The translations under genes were made by a program, and so were the position numbers. This document shows positions 17,310-27,498 of a stretch of DNA of 32,000 bases, in pieces; position 1 is the stretch's first letter; every line of letters starts with the position of its first letter. Below the pieces are notes generated by a model. The model did not search any database and was not told the DNA's origin. It worked only from the letters and a program-made list of their open reading frames with translations. The DNA comes from Acaryochloris marina S15 (GTDB taxonomy: Bacteria; Cyanobacteriota; Cyanobacteriia; Thermosynechococcales; Thermosynechococcaceae), in NCBI RefSeq assembly GCF_018336915.1, contig NZ_CP064923.1, positions 1,170,001 through 1,202,000 on the forward strand, read 5' to 3'.

Positions 17310-18289
17310 GTTGTTATGTTTAGATAGTCAACATTGATAAGCTATTATTAGTATGTGAAGATGTAGTGAATAGAAGACATGCTTAATTTTTAAACACACT
17401 ATTTTTGCGTCAAACTAAATAATTAATATTATTTTCTTGTATCTTTTTGATTAGTGATTATTTCTAGAATAACTCAGCTAAAATATTCTTTGTATTCATT
17501 GCTTAAAGGCTTTTGTAGGCTGGTAGTCGAATTAAGTTGAGATAAAAATATAAGTTTTAAAGTACTATAAAGTATCATGAGTCTACACTTGTTTTTTAAC
17601 AGGTTTAGATTTAACCATGAATCCATTATGATTGCTCTTCTCTAAAGAGTAATCGACTTTAATTGCTGGGACTTGGTGTCGATTTGGTTCAATGATTGGT
17701 CAATCTTTTTTGACATCTTATGAACTATATGAATATCCTTTTGTCGACAGAGTAAAGCACTCATTTTTAATCCTGTGCTCACTAGAATTAAGGCCTGACT
17801 AGAGGTGTCAAGCAAAGGTTGGAATTAAAAACCTGGTCCCTTTTTGACGGTTTGTAGTTTGTGAGGGTTTCCAACAGATCCCATATTTGGTCTGGAGAGA
17901 TATAGGGTGACGAAATACCTTCAAAACCAAATTCGACGAATATCGGGCCAGCTTGCATCATCTGCTAATACCAATTAGCACCTAAGAGTGTAATTCTAAT
18001 TATTTGCTAAGCCAACTCAGTATTGGGTTTCACGAGTTTGAGAGTTACACCTTCAGGCACAGCTTGGTATAAGACTTTGATCAACGTCATGAAAATGTCC
18101 AGTTCTATTCCGGCCTGGGATTTGTGGTTGCAGTATCCCAGACGAGTTCATTTGCATTTCAAAGTTGGACAGTAACATGCTGAGCCATTTCAATTTTGGA
18201 AACGAGGCGGGTCATCCTAAATTCAGCGACTAGGATGAAATCACTCCAGACTTATGCTGGAACCCCTTGGAATTGAGGAGAAGGATGCA

Positions 18290-20359
18290 ATGAAGCAATT
18301 TAATTGGCAGCGGTCGGGTGCACTATCCGCCGCCTTACTGGTGACGATGAGTGCATGCCAGCCACTCAATATTGCCCAAGCAAAATCACAACCCCAAACT
18401 AGAATCAAGGGGTGCAATGCTGAGTCCCTACTGCTGCCAGCCCATAAAGATGTCGAGGCATTGCGCAAGCTCTATGAACAGTATCTGGGACGCACCCCTG
18501 TAGAAATTGAGTTAGGGCTATCCCGGGCCGAGTTTGCCCAAAGTCTGGTCCAACTGGCTCGTAGCTTAGAGCGTTTACAGGATCAGGCTTTGAGTTCCGC
18601 AGATGCGACTCTTCTCAAACGCTTACAGCAAGACTATGCTACAGAGCTCAGCCAAGTGGATCAACCCCGTAAGCCGGGGGATCGACGGTTTGGATTTTCA
18701 TCCCGACGTCCTCAACCGACTGGCCGTCCCCCTGCCCTTACAGGGGCACAGCCTGCTCCAGCCCCAGCGAATGAAGTCGCTGCCCAATCCAAACTCAGCC
18801 GTGACCAAATCGGACGTGCCAAGTCGATTGCACCGCCCACCAGCATTGCTGCTCCAGCTCCTAAACCTCGATTTCAGGATAAAGATCGCCGTCACTTACC
18901 CGGCACGTTCAACACCGAAGACTATAAGCGCATCAACGAGAATCCGTTCTTTTTACCTCAGCGTACGCCCCTGTCCACCTTCTCCATTGATGTAGATACG
19001 GCTTCCTACAGCAATGTACGGCGCTTTATTAGCCGAGGCCAACTCCCGCCCAAAGATGCGGTGCGTCTAGAAGAACTGATTAACTACTTTGATTACGACT
19101 ATGCGGCTCCCAAAGGCGATCAGCCTTTCTCTGTGAGTACTGAGGTGGCGACTGCCCCTTGGAATAGTCAGCATAAGCTCGTGCAGATTGGCCTCAAAGG
19201 CAAGGAACTAGAACAAGAACAACCCAGTAATTTGGTGTTTTTGATTGATGTGTCGGGGTCTATGAAACGCCCCAATAAACTAGCCTTAGTTAAAAAATCT
19301 CTTTGCTTACTCGTCCATCAACTCAAGCCCCAAGATCGGGTCAGTTTAGTCGTCTATGCCGGACGGGCTGGCATTGTCTTACCGTCCACACCCGGTACGC
19401 AAAAAGCCACCATTATGAATGCTATCGATCGCCTAGAGGCAGGTGGCTCCACGGCAGGAGCAGCTGGAATTAAGATGGCCTACGATATGGCCGAGCGCCA
19501 CTTCCTGAAAAACGGCAATAATCGAGTGATTCTAGCGACAGATGGTGACTTTAATGTCGGCCAATCCAGCGATGCAGAGCTAGAGCGTCTGATTGAGCAA
19601 AAGCGAGATCGGGGCGTATTTCTGACGGTCTTAGGCTACGGCACGGGCAACTATAAAGACAACAAAATGGAGTTACTGGCGAACAAAGGCAATGGTAACT
19701 ATGCCTATATCGATACGCTGCTAGAAGCCCAGAAAGTGCTCGTCAACGATCTGCGAGGAACCCTCTTCACCATTGCCAAGGACGTCAAAATTCAGGTGGA
19801 ATTCAACCCTGAAAAAGTCCAAGCCTATCGCCTGATTGGTTATGAAAATCGCCTGCTGCGGGATCAGGATTTCAACGATGATCGCAAAGATGCTGGTGAG
19901 ATAGGCTCCGGTCACACCATTACGGCCCTCTACGAGGTCGTACCTACAGGGGTGACCAGCAATGTCGAATTGCCTGATATCGATCCGCTGAAGTTCCAAA
20001 AGCCAACTGCCAGCAGCAGTAGCTCAGATCTAATGAATCTAAAGCTGCGGTACAAGCAACCCACGGGTAGTAAGAGTAAGCTGATCAGTACTGCGATCGC
20101 AGATCAGACTCGTTCGATTCAAGCTGCAACCGACAACCTCAAATTTTCAGCCGCCGTGGCCATGTATGGCATGGTCTTGCGGGATTCAGAATATAAAGGA
20201 GACTCAACCTTTAACCAGGTGTTGGATCTAGCAGAACAAGCCAAAGGGAAGGATTCCCAAGGCTATCGGACTGCCTTTATGCAACTGGTAGAACGCAGCC
20301 AAACCCTGCAACAGGCAAAGGCGAGGACGGAGAAAACCAAAGCCCAGCTGTCTCCCTAA
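18290..20359 (+). CDS. YfbK-like von Willebrand factor type A (vWA) domain protein, probable lipoprotein
   Basis: Start moved to ATG 18290, preceded by GAGGAGAAGGA. Lipobox-like LLVTMSAC. Conserved N-domain (FSIDVDTASYSNVRRFI..LPPKDAVRLEELINYFDY). vWA MIDAS DVSGSM...GGST...TDGDFNVG. YfbK-type C-terminal domain. Confidence 0.9.
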   Translation: MKQFNWQRSGALSAALLVTMSACQPLNIAQAKSQPQTRIKGCNAESLLLPAHKDVEALRKLYEQYLGRTPVEIELGLSRAEFAQSLVQLARSLERLQDQALSSADATLLKRLQQDYATELSQVDQPRKPGDRRFGFSSRRPQPTGRPPALTGAQPAPAPANEVAAQSKLSRDQIGRAKSIAPPTSIAAPAPKPRFQDKDRRHLPGTFNTEDYKRINENPFFLPQRTPLSTFSIDVDTASYSNVRRFISRGQLPPKDAVRLEELINYFDYDYAAPKGDQPFSVSTEVATAPWNSQHKLVQIGLKGKELEQEQPSNLVFLIDVSGSMKRPNKLALVKKSLCLLVHQLKPQDRVSLVVYAGRAGIVLPSTPGTQKATIMNAIDRLEAGGSTAGAAGIKMAYDMAERHFLKNGNNRVILATDGDFNVGQSSDAELERLIEQKRDRGVFLTVLGYGTGNYKDNKMELLANKGNGNYAYIDTLLEAQKVLVNDLRGTLFTIAKDVKIQVEFNPEKVQAYRLIGYENRLLRDQDFNDDRKDAGEIGSGHTITALYEVVPTGVTSNVELPDIDPLKFQKPTASSSSSDLMNLKLRYKQPTGSKSKLISTAIADQTRSIQAATDNLKFSAAVAMYGMVLRDSEYKGDSTFNQVLDLAEQAKGKDSQGYRTAFMQLVERSQTLQQAKARTEKTKAQLSP

Positions 20360-20367
20360 GGCTGTGC

Positions 20368-20409
20368 CACGACCCGTTTGGCTTGCCGCTGGTGGTTGAA
20401 CGGGTCGTG
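20368..20409 (+). terminator. 11-bp perfect stem hairpin 9 nt after the vWA stop codon
   Basis: CACGACCCGTT (20368-20378), 20-nt loop, AACGGGTCGTG (20399-20409). No U-tract. Confidence 0.4.
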
Positions 20410-20609
20410 AATCTGAGACATAAACAATCAAGGGATCGGCCTGATCGGTACGAACTGTTTTGGCTGGGTGATCAACACTTCGAGAGTCAATTACGCAGAA
20501 TTACGATAAAAGTAGAAGTAGTCAGCCACTCCATGTGCAGCGTACCGTGAGCTGACTGAGTCATGCTTGATCTATTCCCATCAAAACTAGTGTTGTGTCT
20601 GGAAAATAT

Positions 20610-20945
20610 CTATGGATTAGTGGGAGAGGCGTACATTCGAGGGGGCATAATTTCTGAATTTCGACGATATTCAGCCAAATATTGCTCTAAAACAACGAAC
20701 TGAGCCAAATTAAGGCTGTAATAGATCCAGCGTCCCTCATGACGGGTATGGACTAATTCAGCATCCTTCAAGACTTTTAAATGGAACGAGAGCTTAGACT
20801 GATTGATATCTAGAGACTCACATAACTCACCCACACAGAGTTCTCGGTGGCGGAGTAGCTCTAGAACGTGAGTACGGAGAGGGTCAGCGAGGGCATGAAA
20901 ACCAGCAAAAACTAGGTCGGTAGAGGTAGAACAAACGTGTTGCAT
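20610..20945 (-). CDS. ArsR/SmtB family transcriptional regulator
   Basis: Winged-HTH signature LADPLRTHVLELL..RELCVGELCESLDINQSKLSFHLKVLKDAELV..RHEGRWIYYSL. Confidence 0.85.
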   Translation of the reverse strand: MQHVCSTSTDLVFAGFHALADPLRTHVLELLRHRELCVGELCESLDINQSKLSFHLKVLKDAELVHTRHEGRWIYYSLNLAQFVVLEQYLAEYRRNSEIMPPRMYASPTNP

Positions 20946-21046
20946 CAGCGGAAGTCAGAGGTTAGGTGAATCGTGGATGTCCAAAAGTAGGGGAACCGAT
21001 TCGTGACGTAAGAAACAATACCTATTGTAAAAGACTCTTCGCCATG

Positions 21047-21868
21047 TTAGGAAAATTCGTTCATTTGATTAAGCAGCTTATGCACTAAAGAAATGTGTTC
21101 AGGGGAAGGGTTTTGGGCTAAAAAATCCTGTAAATCTTGTCGGGCTTCAGACCAACGGCCTACATGATAGTACAAGATACCCCGATCTCGCAGCTCACTA
21201 TAACACTGCGGATCAACGAGCAGAATTTGCTCGGAAGTGCTGAGGCATTTTTCCAATTGATTGTCATTCAAATAAATCTGTTTAAGGTTGTTCAATAGCC
21301 GCACAAGAAACTGCTGTGGACTTACCACGCTAAAGAATTCAGGTCGCAAATCCATCGGATGCCCAAAGACTTGCGTAATGCGATCGCAACAGTCCTGCTC
21401 AAACAAAATCTCCCCCTGATAGAAAGGGTCGACAAAGATATTCATGTCGTCTCGATGGGGACGAATGAGAAAGTGTCCCGGAAAGTTAATCCCCACCATG
21501 GGGAAGTTAATACGACGGGCAATCTCCATATAGACCAGGGATAGGGTGATGGGAAGGCCTAACCGCCGATCTAAGACATCGTTGAGGAAGCTATTGCGGG
21601 GATCGTAGTAATGTTGGCTGTTTCCGGTAAAGCCTAGATCCTCATATAGATAACGATTCAGAGTTTGCAGAACTTTTAACGGGTATGGATCAGCTGGCAG
21701 TCGCTCCTCAACTTCCAGCGCCATCGTGTCCAAAGCATTGAGATATTCTGCAACGTCTAAAGCAGGATATTCTTCCTGGGCAATATAAAGTGCAGCCGCA
21801 GCCAAATCTGGCTCAGACGATTGGCGGAGCAAATGATAGAGCTGTTGACGAGGGACTGAGAATTTCAT
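21047..21868 (-). CDS. SirB1/YchA-like transglutaminase-like + TPR protein (UPF0162)
   Basis: NSFLNDVLDRRLGLPITLSLVYMEIARRINFPMVGINFPGHFLIR motif plus a TPR-like C-terminus. The listed ORF starts at GTG 21877; ATG 21868 is preferred. Confidence 0.8.
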   Translation of the reverse strand: MKFSVPRQQLYHLLRQSSEPDLAAAALYIAQEEYPALDVAEYLNALDTMALEVEERLPADPYPLKVLQTLNRYLYEDLGFTGNSQHYYDPRNSFLNDVLDRRLGLPITLSLVYMEIARRINFPMVGINFPGHFLIRPHRDDMNIFVDPFYQGEILFEQDCCDRITQVFGHPMDLRPEFFSVVSPQQFLVRLLNNLKQIYLNDNQLEKCLSTSEQILLVDPQCYSELRDRGILYYHVGRWSEARQDLQDFLAQNPSPEHISLVHKLLNQMNEFS

Positions 21869-22128
21869 CGTATTCACGATGTTACCTCGTAATTATTGTG
21901 AATAGGTCAATTCGCGAATTTCTACTGGAATTTCTGGCAGATATAAATTCAAGACAACGCTTTAAATCATCGGTCGTAGCTCAGCTATTCTCCAGGGATG
22001 TTGAAGATCATGCCAAAATAAAATACGTGGGATCATTATTCTAAGAACACCCATATTCGAATGAATGCCCTACGGATGAACTCTCTGAGGAGTGTGCCTT
22101 AACTGTTTAAGTCCATTTAGGTTCTGTT

Positions 22129-24057
22129 TTGATTCAGCTCTTGTTTGAAAGATTCAGAAAAATTATTGTGAGTTGGTGGGCCGACTCCAATATTCAAACT
22201 CGGCTCATGGTCGCTGCAACCCTTGTGGTGTCCTTACTTATGAGTTCCCTGACGTTTTGGGCTGTGAATAGCATTCAGCAAGATGCTCGCCTGCAAGACA
22301 ATCGGTTTGGTCGAGACTTAGGGTTACTCTTGTCATCTAACGTGGCTCCTTTGGTGGCGGACCATAACTATGGTGACTTAGCCAAACTATCGCGGGAGTT
22401 TTATAGCCGCACCTCTAGCATTCGCTACATGATCTATGCCGACGAGGAAGGCCGCATCTATTACGGTATTCCCTATTCCGAAACTCAGGTTAATAGTTCC
22501 TTGACCTTGCAGCGGCTGATGCAGTTGCCTGAAAACTTTATTCCCACGGCTGGATCGGTGATGGTGCGGGAGCACTCCACCCCAGACGGTGAGGTGACAG
22601 ATGTATTTGTTCCCCTGTTGCAAGAGGAACAATATCTGGGTGTGTTGGCGATTGGCATCAACCCCAACCCCACAGCTGTTACCTCTTCCCACTTAACCCG
22701 CGATGTCACGATTGCTGTGTTTATCATCCTGTGGGTCATGGTGATCCTGGGGGCCGTGTTTAACGCTCTAATTATTACCAACCCGATTAAAGAGCTGGTA
22801 GTCGGGGTAAAAACGATTGCCTCCGGGAACTTCAAAAAGCGTGTTGACCTACCCTTTGGCGGAGAATTAGGAGAACTGATTCTCAGCTTCAATGATATGG
22901 CTGAACGGCTAGAACGCTATCAGGAGCAAAATATTGAGGAGCTGACAGCCCAGAAAGCGAAGCTGGAAACCCTAGTGTCAACCATTGCGGATGGGGCTGT
23001 GCTACTGGATACGGACTTAGCCGTGATTCTGGCGAATCCCACTGCTCGACGTTTATTCAATTGGGATAGCGAGGTGGTGAGTAAGAATGTCCTCAATCAT
23101 TTGCCAGAGCCTGTACAGATTGAGTTAACGCGTCCGCTCTACCAGAGTGCTGCTGGACAAGAAGGCAGCGAGTTTCGGATTACCCTAACTGGGCCGACTC
23201 CTCGAACAGTGCGCATCTTGCTGACGACGGTGCTGGATCAGCAGCGGGAGAAGGTCAAAGGGATCGCCATGACGGTGCAGGACATTACTCGGGAAGTGGA
23301 GCTTAATGAAGCTAAGAGCCAATTTATTAGCAATATTTCCCATGAACTCAGAACCCCCTTATTCAATATCAAATCTTTTATTGAAACCCTCCATGACTAT
23401 GGCGATGACCTGAGTGTCGAGGACCGCCAAGAGTTTTTAGATACGGCCAATCGTGAAACGGATCGGCTGACTCGCCTCGTGAATGATGTGTTGGATCTGT
23501 CTCGGCTGGAGTCGGGCAAGCAATACCGATTTGAAGCCGTTGATCTACTCCAGCCCGTGGAGCAAACCCTAAGAACCTATCAACTGACGGCTCGCGATCG
23601 AGGGATTGAGCTTAGTTATGATATTCAGACGAATCTTGCACCGATCTGGGGAAATTATGATTTGCTCCTGCAAGTCTTGACGAACTTGATTGGCAATGCC
23701 CTCAAATTCACCCTCAACGGAGGAAAAGTGATGATTCGGGCTTATCCTCTAGCGGAACAAACCCGTCAAATTCGGGTAGAAATTGCTGATACGGGTATTG
23801 GGATTGAGCCGGATGATCAAGCAGCTATCTTTGATCGGTTCTACCGGGTTGAAAATCGAGTCCATACCTTGGAAGGAACGGGTCTAGGACTTTCTATTGT
23901 CAGGAATATCCTGGACAAACATCATGCGAGTGTCCATTTGATCAGCGAATCAGGCATCGGTACGACCTTCTGGTTTGACCTCAACGTTTATCGTGACGAC
24001 TTAGCCAGAAGTGCGGCAGATGAAGCGGACTCTTTGGAACTGCCAGCTCAAGCCTAG
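22129..24057 (+). CDS. nblS: Sensor histidine kinase NblS/Hik33 (DspA): 2 TM, HAMP, PAS, HisKA, HATPase_c
   Basis: Matches my recollection of Hik33/NblS throughout (TRLMVAATLVVSLLMSSLTFWAVNSIQQDARL, GINPNPTAV, ERLERYQEQNIEELTAQKAKLETLVSTIADGA, EAKSQFISNISHELRTPLFNIKSFIETL). Start codon is uncertain (TTG 22129 or GTG 22168). Confidence 0.9.
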   Translation: MIQLLFERFRKIIVSWWADSNIQTRLMVAATLVVSLLMSSLTFWAVNSIQQDARLQDNRFGRDLGLLLSSNVAPLVADHNYGDLAKLSREFYSRTSSIRYMIYADEEGRIYYGIPYSETQVNSSLTLQRLMQLPENFIPTAGSVMVREHSTPDGEVTDVFVPLLQEEQYLGVLAIGINPNPTAVTSSHLTRDVTIAVFIILWVMVILGAVFNALIITNPIKELVVGVKTIASGNFKKRVDLPFGGELGELILSFNDMAERLERYQEQNIEELTAQKAKLETLVSTIADGAVLLDTDLAVILANPTARRLFNWDSEVVSKNVLNHLPEPVQIELTRPLYQSAAGQEGSEFRITLTGPTPRTVRILLTTVLDQQREKVKGIAMTVQDITREVELNEAKSQFISNISHELRTPLFNIKSFIETLHDYGDDLSVEDRQEFLDTANRETDRLTRLVNDVLDLSRLESGKQYRFEAVDLLQPVEQTLRTYQLTARDRGIELSYDIQTNLAPIWGNYDLLLQVLTNLIGNALKFTLNGGKVMIRAYPLAEQTRQIRVEIADTGIGIEPDDQAAIFDRFYRVENRVHTLEGTGLGLSIVRNILDKHHASVHLISESGIGTTFWFDLNVYRDDLARSAADEADSLELPAQA

Positions 24058-24059
24058 GT

Positions 24060-24653
24060 TTACCACCCTAACCAAGAGTGGAGGGGCTGCAGTTGGGGCG
24101 CCTCCGGCGTGGGGGCAGTGGCCATCTGATCCCTGAGCTTCGATTCCGCACAAAAAGAGGTAGTGTTAAATCCACCAAAGCTTTTGACTGTCGTAGTCCG
24201 TAGCCGCAAGTTGGGATTGGCAAACCAAAACCGTTCTTGAGAACTCATAGTGTCATATTCGGTGGTTAAGACTAGGCCGTTTTGAGCATCCACCTGATAC
24301 TGACCCACGACCGGAACACTCTCGGCATAGCCCCGCTCCCGCAGTAACTGACCGGAGTTATCGCTGCCCTCATGGGGGACCAACACAAATACCGTCGACC
24401 CCCGATGGGGATCGTCTTCATCCTGATCCCAGGCCATTGCGCCTCGCCACTGCACAAAACATCCCCCAATGGCCAGGTGCGGCTGAGCATCATGTAACTG
24501 GCAGATTTCGATGACTTTGGGGTCATCTGGGGCTAAGACCTGAACCTCGATTTCCGTATTTCCTGACTCGGACCGGCGGAGGAGCAAATGGTGAGTAATG
24601 CGATGGGATCGCCACCGGCCTTCGCTGAGTTGGAAAAATTCTAAGGCATTCAT
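24060..24653 (-). CDS. cpcS: CpcS/CpeS-family phycobiliprotein bilin lyase
   Basis: MNALEFFQLSEGRWRSHRITHHL...LLRERGYAE...ERFWFANPNLRLRTTTVKSFGGFNTTSFCAE is characteristic of CpcS-type lyases. Confidence 0.85.
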   Translation of the reverse strand: MNALEFFQLSEGRWRSHRITHHLLLRRSESGNTEIEVQVLAPDDPKVIEICQLHDAQPHLAIGGCFVQWRGAMAWDQDEDDPHRGSTVFVLVPHEGSDNSGQLLRERGYAESVPVVGQYQVDAQNGLVLTTEYDTMSSQERFWFANPNLRLRTTTVKSFGGFNTTSFCAESKLRDQMATAPTPEAPQLQPLHSWLGW

Positions 24654-24701
24654 GTTAGCGCTTGCTAGATCGAGTGGGGGCTTTCGTGCAATCAGTCGGA
24701 G

Positions 24702-27014
24702 CTATTCCTCCTCAGTTTCATCTGGGAGATCGCTTTCATCGTTACCATTACCATTCACTTTGATGGGGGCTTCGGTCACCTCATCTTCAGGGGCTTCGCT
24801 ACCGCCACCGACGACAATTAAGTCAATTTGTTGGCGATAGTAATCGACGCTCTTGACCTCGACATCCACGCGATCGCCCAAACGATACTGACAGCGATTT
24901 TTGCGGCCAACTAAGGTTTGTTGGCGAGATCGGTATTCATACCAATCATCTTTGAGGGAACTAACATGCACTAACCCTTCAACCATTAGGGTTTCAATGC
25001 GCACGAAGAAACCATAAGACTGAATTCCGGTGATAATGCCTTGCAGCACTTCGCCCGTATGGGTTTGCATTTGCTTCGTCTTTTGCAACCCGGTCAGATC
25101 TTGACAAGCTTGACGTGCTAGGTCGGCTTGCTCATTCAATTGGGGAATCGCATCCGTAATCAGGGCTTCTAAGTGCCGCTGAGTTTCTGGGGGTAAGACA
25201 TTCCAGCTAATCTGTCCATGACAAGAGCTATGGCGTAAGTCCACTTTTTCCTTGGCACGGGAGGTTCGTCGATCGCGCCCTTCCGTAAAGACGGCATGCA
25301 AAATGCGCTGATTGAGCAAATCGCCATATCGATTCAGGGGAGAGGTGAAGTGGCCATAGTTGTTGACGAGAGCTAAGCCAAAATGGGGCCCTGAAACCGC
25401 ACTGTACTGGACGGGCTTGAGGGTGGTTTGCAGTAGCTCAAACAGGATGGCTGAGCGTTCTGAAGTCTGAAAGGTCTGGCTAAAGGTTTGGAAATCCTGG
25501 GGTTGGACGGTGTCTTCCTGCTGCAAGCTCAATGAAAGTTGAATATTGTCAGATAGCTTGAGCAGATCTTGGAGATCCTGAGCATCGGGTGGGGCTTGAA
25601 TTTGATAGACCCCTGGAATAGCCAATTCTTGTAGATGCGAAAGAACAAGGTGATTGGCGAGGACTAACAGATCGGCCACGATACTGTGGGCCTGGGCGGG
25701 TGGCGCTAAGATGACTGCCCCTAGATCTCCTTCGTCCCCAATGACTTGGGGAGGAGCGGTGGATAGCAATAGATCAAAACCACCGCGTTCATAGCGTTGC
25801 TTTTTCAGGGCCTCACTGACCGTCTGAAATAGCTTAATGGCATCTGCGAGGGGCTTATCTTTGCTATCTCCATCCAGAATGTCCTGCACTTGCTCATAGG
25901 CCAAGTGTTGATCCACATGAATCACGGAGGGCTGAATTTCGAATTCTAAAACTTCCCCATCGTTATTCAGCGTAACCAATGCAGAAAAGGTGAGGTGATC
26001 TTTGTCAGCGGTGAGGGCACCAATACGCTCGATGCAGGTCTCTGGGAAAAGGGGCAGTGCCGTATCACCCAGGAACATGGAGGCACTGCGTTGGCTGGCC
26101 TGGCGTTCGATGGAGGAGTCTGCATCGAGGTAATAGACTAAGTCGGTGACATGGACGCCTACTCGCCATTTGTTGCCTCTTAATTTTTCGACGGAAAAGG
26201 CATGGTCTAGCTGGGTGGGATTGGGGGTGCGATCGCAAATCGTAAACGTTGGCACCTTAAGCAGATTCACCCGCTTTTTCTGATCGGCTTTTCGCAGCTT
26301 TTTCGGGAGCGCTTCAGCCTCTTCTAAAACATCTTCAGGAAAAGAACGAGGCAAATCGTACTTACAAAAGACTAGCTCTGTATCAGCCGCTGATTGGGCA
26401 TCACTGCCTAGGACCTGAGTGACCCGGCCTAGGGGGGAAAGCTGTCCTAGAGGGTAGCGAACAATCTCCACATGCACCAGCTGATCAATGGCCGCTTCTA
26501 AGTCGGGGCCATCTGCTTCTTGGTGGAGAGCAAGTTCAAATAAAAGGCGATCATCGAGGGGAACAGCTCGATATTCCCCCGCTTCTGTTTTTTTGACCCT
26601 GGCAATGACGGATGGGTTAGAGCGTTCCAGAATGAGTCGGACTTCACCTTCAGGACTGCGGCGGCGGCGTCCTTCCTTGGTGACTTTGACGAGGACACGA
26701 TCACCATTCCAAGCCGTATTGAGCTGGCTCTCTCGAATATAAATATCTTCTGTATCGTCTTGATCTTGAATGGCGAAACAAAAGCCTTTACTGGAGCAGC
26801 GAAGTTTGCCCTCGACAACCCCTTCTTCTGGAAGACGCTTATATTTACCCCGTTCTTTGGTGAGGATACCGACTTTCTCCAGGGCTTCTAAGGTGATTTG
26901 CAATTGTCTGATGCCATCAGAAGCCTGGCAATCTAATTTCTTTTCTAAAGCTTTTGGAGCGAGTAACTTATCATCTGCAAAGTTGTTCAGCAGAGTACTA
27001 ATCGAAAATTCCAT
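24702..27014 (-). CDS. rnr: RNase II/R family 3'-5' exoribonuclease with C-terminal S1 domain and acidic tail
   Basis: RNB catalytic motifs (DHAFSV, HFTSPLNRYGDLLNQR), cold-shock-like N-domains, and S1 (GIITGIQSYGFFVRI...VHVSSL). Confidence 0.9.
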   Translation of the reverse strand: MEFSISTLLNNFADDKLLAPKALEKKLDCQASDGIRQLQITLEALEKVGILTKERGKYKRLPEEGVVEGKLRCSSKGFCFAIQDQDDTEDIYIRESQLNTAWNGDRVLVKVTKEGRRRRSPEGEVRLILERSNPSVIARVKKTEAGEYRAVPLDDRLLFELALHQEADGPDLEAAIDQLVHVEIVRYPLGQLSPLGRVTQVLGSDAQSAADTELVFCKYDLPRSFPEDVLEEAEALPKKLRKADQKKRVNLLKVPTFTICDRTPNPTQLDHAFSVEKLRGNKWRVGVHVTDLVYYLDADSSIERQASQRSASMFLGDTALPLFPETCIERIGALTADKDHLTFSALVTLNNDGEVLEFEIQPSVIHVDQHLAYEQVQDILDGDSKDKPLADAIKLFQTVSEALKKQRYERGGFDLLLSTAPPQVIGDEGDLGAVILAPPAQAHSIVADLLVLANHLVLSHLQELAIPGVYQIQAPPDAQDLQDLLKLSDNIQLSLSLQQEDTVQPQDFQTFSQTFQTSERSAILFELLQTTLKPVQYSAVSGPHFGLALVNNYGHFTSPLNRYGDLLNQRILHAVFTEGRDRRTSRAKEKVDLRHSSCHGQISWNVLPPETQRHLEALITDAIPQLNEQADLARQACQDLTGLQKTKQMQTHTGEVLQGIITGIQSYGFFVRIETLMVEGLVHVSSLKDDWYEYRSRQQTLVGRKNRCQYRLGDRVDVEVKSVDYYRQQIDLIVVGGGSEAPEDEVTEAPIKVNGNGNDESDLPDETEEE

Positions 27015-27498
27015 GCAACTTTTAGTCCTTCATTGTGGCTAGGGCCCGGCTTCAACTCAGTGCCAATCTTGTTTATCGTTCTAGCCATAACACCAGGAGC
27101 ATCTGTTCTCCTGGAGGGAATAGCTTGAGAAGATTTAGCATGATCTAAACCGCTTAGGTCACCAATGCTCATGCCCACCAAAAAAATCTCAGCTCATGGC
27201 CCTTTAAGCAATGGTCTAGCAAACTTAAGGGGATAGAGAATGCTGTTTAGAAAAGGATTAGGTTTTGTAATGAACCTGGATCCGTTTTTTGCGATGGCAG
27301 CATTGACTCTGAGACGTTGACGGAACTGCAGCAAAACAGTTAGAGCATCGAGTGCTTGAGTGTAAAAACCGGAAGCGCCCTATGAACATTGTATGCCTTA
27401 TTGATCGTTCCTCACAGTGGAACAACTGTCAAACGAAATTTGTCAATGCGTTCCTGATACCAAGCTTCAATTTTTAAAGATTTAGAAAATTCGGATCC

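Noticed and set aside
27015-27498. 480-bp spacer between phoU and the RNase gene: 7-bp hairpin CCAGGAG...CTCCTGG (~27093-27114) and a 26-codon ORF at 27240
   Set aside because: The stem is short with no U-tract. The mini-ORF has no RBS or distinctive features. The spacer is plausibly just the RNase promoter and 5' UTR.
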